Positions 49,010 through 58,563 of a stretch of DNA of 64,000 nt are shown here, piece after piece; position 1 is the first letter of the stretch; the number at the start of each line of letters is the position of its first letter. The notes beneath the pieces were generated by a model, which was given only the letters and a program-made list of their open reading frames with translations, was not told the DNA's origin and searched no databases. Both the position numbers and the translations under genes were made by a program. The DNA is from Dudresnaya verticillata (taxonomy: Eukaryota), in contig OZ374559.1 of NCBI GenBank assembly GCA_977862235.1, forward strand, positions 124,001 through 188,000, given 5' to 3'.

Positions 49010-49773
49010 GTTGTTTTTGGATTTTTTGGCGATTTTCTGTTGTTTTTGGGATTTTCAGGAAACTTTTTGAAGTTTGTAGAATGTTCTGGAACGTTTTGGT
49101 GAAATACGTGGAAGACGTGTACACGTCAGAAACGTGTCAGTAAGCTCGGAAATGAGCTCAGGAGGTGGCCCTGAGGGTGAAACGTGTACACGATGTACAC
49201 GTGTTGAAATCGGGTTGGTCGCCTCCACGGAAGCAGATTGGGATAAGATCCAATTCGAATTGGATCAGACAGGCTGGCTCCACCGTCGTCGCCTATACGT
49301 GGCAAATTCAGCGAGTGGAGCCGTGACAAGCGCCAGTAACCGCTACTTAGGGCCTGTCGGGGACGAACTTCTTCCTCTTCTAACTCCGGAACCCGTCGTC
49401 CAATGCGAACGATCAGGCACTCCACGGAGACCTTGGGGCCTTCTCTTCTCAGATCCGGCGCCTCCGACGGGTTTGGGCGCAGGATCTCTTGACCTTGGCG
49501 TAGTCTTGAACTATGTGCAACCCAATCCAACCGCTGAGCATCCATATTATTGTTCCAGTGACGGAAAAGCTACTGGACTCAGGGATTGGGCGCGTGTGCG
49601 CTTGGTGCTGATCGTGGATCTTAAGGATGCGTTACGCAGGCTTCATTTCGCCGACTACAGGGTCGTCTTTTTTGCGACGGGCGGCGGTGCCGCTCCGCCA
49701 TTTTGGGACTGCCCCGGTCATGCCTGCGAGTTCTCGTGCCTGGGGACGACCTGGTTCTGGTCGAATTATTACC

Positions 49774-50066
49774 ATGGCAGCGGTTGATCTGAAGTTTATC
49801 AGGGAGAACCTGCCCGCGGTGGAACAGAACATTACTGATCGGGCCGTCGCGTAGTTGAGTTGTATGAGAAGTATGTTGCGCTCGGCCAAGAGGCTGGTGA
49901 GCTGCGACGTCGACGGAGTGACAACGCTGCGCTGATGAAGAAGGCAGGCAAAATGCAACCGGACGAGCGAGCTGCTTGCATAGCGGAGGGGAAGGAGCTT
50001 AAGGCCGATGTTGCACGCTTGGAGGAAGACCTGGCAGCGGTTGAGGCCGACCTGCAGGCAGAGGCC
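49774..50066 (+). pseudogene. Seryl-tRNA synthetase N-terminal coiled-coil fragment
   Basis: VDLKFIRENL...LRRRRSDNA...IAEGKELKADVARLEEDL; catalytic domain absent; internal stop at 49852-49854. Confidence 0.75.
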
Positions 50067-51900
50067 GTCACAATGTACCAGGACACCGACAATCCGCCAG
50101 AGTCTTTGCCCTTGATTCCGTCGCATCCCGAGTATGGGCACGGTCGTTGCTGGATTGATATCTCGAAGGCTATTATGGCATCCACCGAGCTCATCTATAT
50201 TGCAGGTTGGGCCGTGTGGCCGGAGCTTGTTATGGTCCGAACTGACTTTCCCGGTGACGAGTGGAAAGGTCTTACGCTTGGCGAGATGCTCAAACAAAAG
50301 GCTGAAGAAGGCGTTAAGGTCCTTGTTATGGTATGGGACGAACTGGCGAGCGGCCGCTTTTCAAAGGGCATGATGGACACCCACGACGAGGAGGTGGTTG
50401 CCTAGTTTAAGAAGTCCAAGGTCAAGGCCATCAAGGTGGGACGACAAAACGTAGAGGACGGCCCGCTTGCCGATCTCAACGACAGTCTTCTTTTCACGCA
50501 TCATCAGAAGACAGTCATTGTTACTAAGCGCGACCCGGACAGCGGTAAGAACCGCGTCGAAGCCTGGCTGGGCGGACTTGACCTGACCGACGGGCGCTAT
50601 GACAATCATAAACACAGCTTGTTCAGAACTCTGGACGGTCTCCATGCGCCTCCAGACTTCTGGCAGGCTTGTGCCATTGGTGTGGACGCAGATTCCGGCC
50701 CAAGGGAGCCGTGGCATGATATCCACAGTCACGTGAACGGCACGGCTGCTTGGGATGTGATGACCAATTTTGAGGGTCGGTGGTCTCGCCAGGCTCCAGA
50801 CAGTGCCAAGTCTGCACTGCACCCTCACCCTCCGGAAGACTTTTTGCAGCCCGCTGATGAGGATGGCATTCGAGACGGGGACTGGAATGTGCAGATCTTG
50901 CTCAGCATTAACGAGGCCTCGACCGCCTTGAATGCTGATCGTCCGGGACTCACCGTCCGAAGAAATGCTGGAATTGACCAGAGTATTCATCACGGATACG
51001 TTCATCAGATCAGAGCCGCAAAGCATTTCATTTACATTGAGAATCAATACTTCTTGGGATCAAGCCACTTGTGGACCTCTGGGCAGCGGGGTGGGTTCGC
51101 ACCCCACCTCATTGCAATTGAGATTGCAGAGAAGATTTGTGCAAAGATTCGAGCGAATGAACGTTTTGCTGTCTATGTCAACGTCCCCTTGTATTCGGAG
51201 GGAGCTCCGGACTCGGGTCCAGTACAGGAAATTCTTTCGCATCAACGCAAAACGCTCGAGTTGATCACCTCTCGGATTGCGAAGACAACGGCGGAGACTG
51301 GGAGCGAGACCACAATTGGCGATTGATTCAACACGTTCTGCCTTGTCAATAGGGAATCCGAAGAGGGTGGAAAAGGGAACGGTGGCTCTTCAGCTATAGA
51401 AAAAACGCTTTCGACAACTCGGTGCTCTATGATATACATTCATAGCAAGTTTGCTATCTTTGATGATACTGTGGCTATTACTGGGTCTGCGAATATTAAC
51501 TCTCGCTCAATGGATGGATCACGTGATACAGAAATAGCCTTGATGGGGTGGCAACCAGAGCATGTTGCGACTGGATCTCTGGGTTACAGCGACGTCGGCA
51601 TGCAGGATCCAAGTGTACCCCAAGGTGATGTGGCTGCCTTCCGGAAAAGTGTGTGGACGGAGCATTTTGCAGAATATGTGCCGGAAACGGAAGATCCCAG
51701 TTCTTTGGAATGCGTGAAGCGCGTGAGACAGCTTGCAGGGCGGAACTAGAATCACTTTGCAGACGATGGTGGATTGGCAGCAGATATGCCTCACGGCCAC
51801 CTTGCTTTGTATCCGCATGAGTTTGACGAGACCACTGGAGAAGTGTCGTCGAGGAGAACTTCAATGCCTGACTTTCCCAACGCGTTGGTCAAGGGTAAAG
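50067..51900 (+). pseudogene. PLD: Plant-type phospholipase D catalytic region, 5'-truncated, with stops
   Basis: IYIAGW, THDEE, THHQK, GGLDLTDGRYD, PREPWHDIH, IYIENQYF, IYIHSK...DD, GSANIN.RSMDGSRDTEIA; stops at 50403, 51324 and 51747. Confidence 0.92.
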
Positions 51901-51929
51901 CCACGCCCGGCATCGCCCCTGCCAACCCG

Positions 51930-52200
51930 GATACGCCCCCGGCCGGCGTGCTCGCGTACAACGCATCCGATGCCGTCGTCCTCCTTGACATGCGCCCGTC
52001 CCCCGCACCCACCCTCACACTTCATACCCGGTCCCCACCATCCGCGCAGCGGCTTCGTTCTACACCCGAGGCGCTTAAGCTGCTTATCGGCTGCGCCAAT
52101 GACGAGGTCTATCCCGACGTCACGCCCCCCCCGCCTGCGACTGCGCCACCCGATGCGGCGGGAAAGAAGCATCGGTCTGTGTCGGCAGTGGCTACGTTGG
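51930..52200 (+). pseudogene. Second WD40-like fragment (possibly WDR20-like N-terminal part)
   Basis: GC-rich segment encoding VLAYNASDAVVLLD...STPEALKLLIGCANDEVY, joined to the end of the PLD fragment. Confidence 0.4.
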
Positions 52201-53652
52201 CGAGTGTCGCGGACGCGGTGTGGTAGAGAGGCCCAGCGGAAAGGCAACCTAGATGGCGCGGGAAACGGCTCGGGTCGTGACGTGCACTCATAAACCTTTA
52301 CTAATGGCGGCTACCGTGCCATGGAGGTTCCGGATCTAGGATTCGGAGCGGGAGGATCGTGGGCTGGATTGGGCCTCCACAGATGTCATCACCGCTTGTA
52401 GGGCAAACATAGCCTGCGATAAGGCCAATGTTATACTGCGATGGACCCGATGGAAGACACTGCCAACCATGCGCAGAGCCGCTCGCTACAGACGGGCAAC
52501 CAGCTGACTTAGCTCATCCTGAGCGCTCCTAAGTTGCTGGAATTCTTCTTCAAGCTCAACGAGTTGCGCTTCGACATCTTGGAGACTTATATCCTCCGTT
52601 TGCATTAGGCTTGTTCCGTGACTTCAGACTCCTCGTTTCTGCGGGCAAGGTGGCGCTGCAAAGCCGCGATATGTACCCTTGCTTCTGTAAGTTTCTCCTG
52701 GATGAAGATAAGCAGACGGTTGATTTGACACACAACTGGCCACCCTAGTCGCTGAAGCTCACGCGACAAGTACGATACCGTCACCCGAATGGTCCTGATC
52801 TCCCCCTGTAGTGTAGCTATTCTCTCCTGAGCGGAATGCAGCCTCCCTTCTCTTGTCTCTTGATACATGTTGTGCATAAGGTAGAGTCTGGAACTTTTGT
52901 CTCACGGCGAACTTCAAATTTGCAGACTGGTACTTGATGCATACTATGCTATTAGTTTGGTGCATGTTCGCAAACTGGTGAAAAGCCAGCTGTAGCCCAC
53001 GGCAGCTCATTGGATTGACTTGTCCTTCTTCTCCAAGAATAATCACGGGATATCGAGACGTAAACATCAACGCAGCCGGCAGCCGGGGTCTTACTTCTCA
53101 GCCCCTCTCGATGCTATTTCTTATCCTTGACGCCCATCAATACTACGCGCTTGTGGTCGCATGGCGGAATAGAGCAGTCTGCAGGGCGTACCCTTGCGAT
53201 ACCGAGTACTGCTTCTTGATTGACGGGGACTCGAGATTCGCGACTTGTCCGTTCTGATTGGTAACATGGCACGCTCGTCTCTCGAATCAGACTGTTTTGT
53301 TCGCACTGGCGCTATAGTGTATGGCGGAATGGAGTGGTGCATACAGAGCGAGAGGGAAGCCCTTCCAATACCAGTCGTTTTAGCTGGGATCCGTAGCAAC
53401 TGTGGGCATGCGCAAGCCTATCATGCAGAACGCCCCACCGCCTCTGGAACAGTATTATATCGGTGTCGTTTAAGAAGCGCCCTCGGCCCTCCCGAGTATT
53501 TCAGCTCTTCAGAACAAGTAGCGCACAGCTATCGCGCCCTAGCCGGAACATCGATTTTGCTCCTTCACTTCGCCCGCCCTGAGTGCAAGGAGCATCTTGC
53601 ACTAGTGAGTTGCAAAAAGCTCAGACTCCCCTGCCGAAAGGGGTAGTAGGAC

Positions 53653-56600
53653 ATGGCCCAAGCCTCATCTGGGCAGGTTTCGAAAGCAGCAAACGTTCCA
53701 GTTCAGAACGACGACGACTTCGGCGATGAGCTGCTTCCCGGAACAAAGCCCGGCGCACGAGTCATGCTCACTCTCAACGGGGAACACGTTGCTACAGCAA
53801 CCCTGCTACGACCCCATGATTTTAGGGAGGGTTCCGTTGATCCCAGTGGGCGATTCAGCACATACCTGCACGGGCGCAACCTTGGGCCTCAACAACGTGA
53901 TGGAGAAGTATGGGTTGTAGTTCACCTCGTGCGATGCCTCCACAACTGCAATTCCTACGAAAACCCGTTCCAGTACAAAACAGGCAGTACGCCTTGTCCG
54001 GAGACACTGAGTCGAATGCAGACTGGAAAACACGCCTGGGACCTATTCCAGATTGAGGATCTCGTAACCATCTACAATACAGAGCGCAGAAAAAGCTCAG
54101 GTGCAACTGTCCCCGGAGTGGAAAAACGAGCGGTGGCTGACGCTAACCCACCAACACCCCCTCTGCTCAGGGTTCGCAAACCCGATCCTCACCCAAAACA
54201 GCAGCATGGTGCGGAAGAAATGGCAGCGGTGAACAGTCCTTCAACACCACCGCCAGAGAAAGGCAATGAAGAGGAAGAAGTCACAAAACGTCTGCAATAC
54301 ACACCTGTACGCCGGCCACCTATGCGTGAACGACCCCAGAAACCACCCAAGAATAACGTTCCGGACGCCTTACCAGTCTCTTTGGCCCCAGTATCTCTTG
54401 AACCCACGACTACACCCGTGGAAGAGAGAGGTCCTTGTGTAGGCGTGAATGACAGAGTCGATGCAGATCTGAAACAAGACTCTGCTAGGGCTGTCAGATC
54501 TATTCCTTCTCGAGGAAAAGGAGCAAGCGACGAAGAGAACTGTATCACGCCCCAGCCATGCCCTGCACACAATGTCAGACGTACGCCTGAAAGCAGTTCG
54601 GGCTTTAGTAGCGGCGCACCTGAACCCGACCCTGATGCTACCCCGGCGTTGGCCGCGAGTACTAACACAGAGGGTGACGTGGAACGAACGCCGGGTGCTG
54701 ATGGCTCGGAAATAGAGCACGGTGAGGAGCAATCAGATGCTGCGACGTTGGATCTGGTGAGCGACGCAGAGGTGGAAGGTGGAAGTGATGGAATATTAGA
54801 AGACGAAGATACTGGAAGCGACCAGGAAATTGAGGACCTCACCAAGGACGCTTATTACGTGCCAAGTGCGACAATTTCACGAAGACGCACGGCAGCATAT
54901 GAGGCTGAACGTGTCCCGCAAACGCCCGGAGTTGCTGAGGATGAGACCAATGGCTCCCGAAAGAGAAGGTACCGCTTCTACGCAAGACAAAGAAAGAAGT
55001 TGAGGGTTGGTGATACTGCATTGCAAAAGCGTCGCAATGCTGCTCTGGAAAAGCTTGATGAAGAAGACTGGGGCTCCAAGGAGTGCTGCATGCGGAAGCA
55101 ATGCTTCAAGAGGGTATCGATTGTGTACATGAAAGCCGAGATTCGCAAACTGTTGCGTATGGACGCCCATGATCGACGAAACTATTTGCACGGGTTGTTG
55201 CAGCGACCGGGATGGAATTATTACTTCGACGGTAAGCCAGTATGCTACACGTTCCTGGAGACGGCGTTTGGGTTTTCCAGGGACCTACAATATTCAGTCA
55301 AACAGTTTGGTGGAAGCCGGCCTATGGAGGGTGAGAATGCCGTGCCGTATCAGCCTCCGAGTGAGGGCAGGGATAAGATACTAAGTTACCTCAACCGGCT
55401 TGCTGAGATAACAGCAAGCTGCATGCCCGACGCAGATGAGAAGCATCTGCCGTACTTTGATAAGGCTGCGGTCTACGAGAACTTCCTTCTGGACCAGGAG
55501 AGGCTGTATCCTGGAAAAGACCCACCTCGACTAAACTACTTCTACCACGTCTGGAAGCAGCACCGCAGTGACATAAAAGTCCGCAAAATCCAACGCTTCA
55601 CAAAGTGTTCGGAGTGTGAAGAATTTCGTGCAAGGCTTGCCAGGGCCGGTACAAACCGCAGACTCGCGGAGCCGTTCCTGCTCCATAGAAAGGAGCACTA
55701 CAAGCTGGTTACAAAGGAGAGGGTGTACTACAGGGAGAATACGGAAAAAGCTACTTTGTATCCCTCCGAGTACTGTTCACTGATAATTGATGGCGCGGAC
55801 CAGAAAGCGTTCGGAGTACCAAAGTTCGTGGTCAGCACGAAGGCTACGCGTGGACATGCCATAGCAACCAAAGTTGTGGGCGCATTGGAACACGGTTCAT
55901 TGAAGCACCTATCCCTGTTCGTCATGACAGGAGAGTTTGAGACCGGCGCAAATCACATGATCGAAACAGTCCATCGCCTTCTCACAGTCAAGCATAACCA
56001 TGGCACTCTGCAGCCTACGCTGTTACTGCAGCTAGACAACTGCACCCGGGAGAACAAAAATAAGTACATGCTTTCTTACCTGGAGTGCTTAGTGGCGTGG
56101 GGTGTTCTGCATGAAGTGCAGGTTTCCTTTCTCCCAATCGGCCACACCCATTCCGACATCGACCAGGCCTTCAGTTGCACAAGCAAGAGGGTCCGATCAA
56201 AAGACATGCCGACCATGTCTTGCCTTCTCCGCGAACTAAGCATGTCATACACGCCTCGTCCATCGGTGGCAAGGTTGCTGCAGGTAGCCAACTTTTCCGG
56301 GCTGTGTGACAAGTATGCGTGTATTGGCAAGACTGAAGCATTCTCACACTACAGATTCTTTCGAATTACTCGCCAACGTGGAAAGGGCATGGGCAGAAAA
56401 GCGAGATTCCGCACGCGATGCCTCGTCAAGATTCAGTGTGAAGATGAGTGGAAACCTCTTGTAACAGAAGCACGTGGCAACTCTCTCAAACAGGAAGGCT
56501 TCATACTATTCACCCCTGCCCTCGTTAAGACGCCAGAGACCATAGCGCGATGCCCACCTGATATGAAGGAGGTCAATGATCGCATACGTTGCACTGAAGT

Positions 56601-57102
56601 CCGAGCGCTCAAGGCGTCGCAGATCACCGAACTGGAAAATCTTAGGGATCACGTCTATAGAGATCGAAACGAACCATTTCACTGGGACTTGGGTCACGCC
56701 CCGGAGACGAATGGGAAGCTGCGAAGGGACAGTAGACAGCATAGAGACCCCGAAATGCTTTCGGAGATACCAGAAGAGGAGCAACTACCCGCACAGGACC
56801 TAACCTACAGCCACAACAGAATGGTGGCCGTCAATTATGTTCAGGCAACCGAGCAATGTCCTTTTTACGTGGCAAAAGTGATGGAAGTTGTGAAGGGGGA
56901 CGATGGAAAGGTTTCGAAATTGTTGTTGCGGTGGTATGAAGCCAAGCACACCGGTAATGTTTTCAGTGCAGCTTACAAACCTTCGTTCTACAAAACCAGG
57001 CGCGGGGTCGCAAAGGAATGGGAAGAAGACGTCACCGTCGATTGCGTACTTGTGGAGTTTGAGTCGCTCACTCGAAATAACCGTCTGCCGGTTGCAGTAT
57101 AG
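53653..57102 (+). CDS. Transposase of the giant element (RNase H-like DDD-type core) with accessory N- and C-terminal domains
   Basis: CC-x3-C and FTKCSEC Cys motifs; LIIDGADQ, QLDNCTRENKN, FLPIGHTHSDIDQAFS; C-terminal PFYVAKV...LLRWY; located next to the right TIR. Confidence 0.85.
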   Translation: MAQASSGQVSKAANVPVQNDDDFGDELLPGTKPGARVMLTLNGEHVATATLLRPHDFREGSVDPSGRFSTYLHGRNLGPQQRDGEVWVVVHLVRCLHNCNSYENPFQYKTGSTPCPETLSRMQTGKHAWDLFQIEDLVTIYNTERRKSSGATVPGVEKRAVADANPPTPPLLRVRKPDPHPKQQHGAEEMAAVNSPSTPPPEKGNEEEEVTKRLQYTPVRRPPMRERPQKPPKNNVPDALPVSLAPVSLEPTTTPVEERGPCVGVNDRVDADLKQDSARAVRSIPSRGKGASDEENCITPQPCPAHNVRRTPESSSGFSSGAPEPDPDATPALAASTNTEGDVERTPGADGSEIEHGEEQSDAATLDLVSDAEVEGGSDGILEDEDTGSDQEIEDLTKDAYYVPSATISRRRTAAYEAERVPQTPGVAEDETNGSRKRRYRFYARQRKKLRVGDTALQKRRNAALEKLDEEDWGSKECCMRKQCFKRVSIVYMKAEIRKLLRMDAHDRRNYLHGLLQRPGWNYYFDGKPVCYTFLETAFGFSRDLQYSVKQFGGSRPMEGENAVPYQPPSEGRDKILSYLNRLAEITASCMPDADEKHLPYFDKAAVYENFLLDQERLYPGKDPPRLNYFYHVWKQHRSDIKVRKIQRFTKCSECEEFRARLARAGTNRRLAEPFLLHRKEHYKLVTKERVYYRENTEKATLYPSEYCSLIIDGADQKAFGVPKFVVSTKATRGHAIATKVVGALEHGSLKHLSLFVMTGEFETGANHMIETVHRLLTVKHNHGTLQPTLLLQLDNCTRENKNKYMLSYLECLVAWGVLHEVQVSFLPIGHTHSDIDQAFSCTSKRVRSKDMPTMSCLLRELSMSYTPRPSVARLLQVANFSGLCDKYACIGKTEAFSHYRFFRITRQRGKGMGRKARFRTRCLVKIQCEDEWKPLVTEARGNSLKQEGFILFTPALVKTPETIARCPPDMKEVNDRIRCTEVRALKASQITELENLRDHVYRDRNEPFHWDLGHAPETNGKLRRDSRQHRDPEMLSEIPEEEQLPAQDLTYSHNRMVAVNYVQATEQCPFYVAKVMEVVKGDDGKVSKLLLRWYEAKHTGNVFSAAYKPSFYKTRRGVAKEWEEDVTVDCVLVEFESLTRNNRLPVAV

Positions 57103-57299
57103 AAGAAGTTGCGCGAATGCCTTCACAAACAGTAGCGCCCGCAGCCATCTGTAGAGCAAGGAATAGATGTAAGTTTACTAAGTCAGAATGGGAAGTATAG
57201 AGTGAATGTGATTAGGGTAATGTGTTTGAGAGCTGCTATGAAACTGATTTGTTTTCCTGTTCGTCCAGGTCTACCACTTTATATACTTGAGCAGTAGTG

Positions 57300-57820
57300 C
57301 TAGGACGCGAAATTGGTACGGTGCGAGTGCTGTGCGTTCCTTGCCTTGCAATGTAAACCTTGCAATGTAAATAGCGGGGTTTGTTTGGTCAGCGTTTCAA
57401 AAGCGTTTGAGGCAATGCACACCGGAAGCCATTTGAGGTTAGAGCGGTTGATGTCGTGGTCCAGTACGTGATGAAGTTTCAGCACTTCAGCAGTTGGCGT
57501 GGACGGAAATGAAAACACGCGAAATTGTTGTGCAAGTGATTGTTATTTGCCTTCCCATGGCAATACGAGGACAATGATAACACGCGAAATTGTTGTTGTG
57601 CGAGTGATTCTTATTTGCCTTGCAATGGCAATACGGGGGTAATGACAACTCGCGAAATTGTTTTCGTGCGAGTGGATTGCGTTGTTTGGCTTGCAATGGC
57701 AATAGCGGGGGCTGTTTGCGCAGCGATGTAGGAGCGATTGACGCAAGGCGCACCGGCAGCCATGCGCAGGTAGAGCGGTTGGTGTCACTCTGCAGTACCT
57801 GATGCAGTTTCAGCACTTGA
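57300..57820. repeat. Subterminal degenerate direct repeats
   Basis: CGCGAAATTG-containing units of ~65-70 bp in tandem at ~57515-57710, plus a duplicated block (~57345-57487 vs ~57675-57818). Confidence 0.75.
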
Positions 57821-57962
57821 GCAGGACCTGCTCAGTTTCCCCCCAGTCGCACAACACTTATCGCCGCGGCGGGGCATGTCGTAGACGTGAAGTCTACAAC
57901 TTCACGCGCACTTTGACATGCCCTGCGCGGTGCGGTAGAGTTGGTGCGCGAGGTGCGCGGCT

Positions 57963-58563
57963 TGATGGGGAGGGCGGCAGGGGCGGGTGTAGACAGCGGG
58001 GTGTGGTGAGCTTGCAGTCTGATATGGCAAGCGAGATGGCGGTAGAGGTGGTGCGGCACAGGCGCCGCACTGGACCCGGAGTGCAATGATGGCCACGAGA
58101 CGGAGGGGTGATACTGGTGAGACAGGGTAAATCTGGGCCAAGCAGTACTAGTCGTGCGGGGCGACACTGCGCCCTTGGTCCCAGCCCAGGCCAGGCCGGG
58201 GGGTGAGGCGAGCGGGGCCAGACATGCCGGAGCACGGGCGCAGGCGCCTGTGCGCGCACGGGCGCAGGCGCCCGTGCGCGCCCAGGCGCCCCCCGAAGGG
58301 CAGCAGGGGGCAGCGCAATTTCCGGCTAAATTTTAATCCAGAAATTCCGAAACTTTCCAAACTTTCGCGAAAGTTTCGGGACATTTCACCCCTATATGCG
58401 GCATGCTGTAACTCCGCAACCGTGCATGCTATCCCAAAACCGATTCCACCATTCTTCTCAGCTCCCTCTTCCCAGTCCAACGCGATATAGAAATCGTCAT
58501 TCCATGACCATTTTTTCAGACTGATTCGCGACACAGATTCTGAAAACCCGGAAATCTGTGTTG
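57963..58563 (-). repeat. Right terminal inverted repeat
   Basis: Reverse complement of 34605-35280; includes a local 24-bp tandem duplication near 58232-58290. Confidence 0.9.

Larger units (their letters stand above)
44718..49205 (-). mobile_element. Apparently full-length APE-type LINE nested in the giant transposon
   Basis: ORF1 and ORF2 both open; AATAAA near the 3' end (44725-44730 on the minus strand); candidate TSD GAAAT at 44713-44717 and 49206-49210 (short, tentative). Confidence 0.88.
34605..58563 (+). mobile_element. Giant (~24 kb) TIR DNA transposon with 2-bp TSD
   Basis: Long inverted termini; AA duplicated at 34603-34604 and 58564-58565; excision restores gag in frame (RETG-KVKDHIKRLE); internal transposase at 53653-57102. 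Confidence 0.92.
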
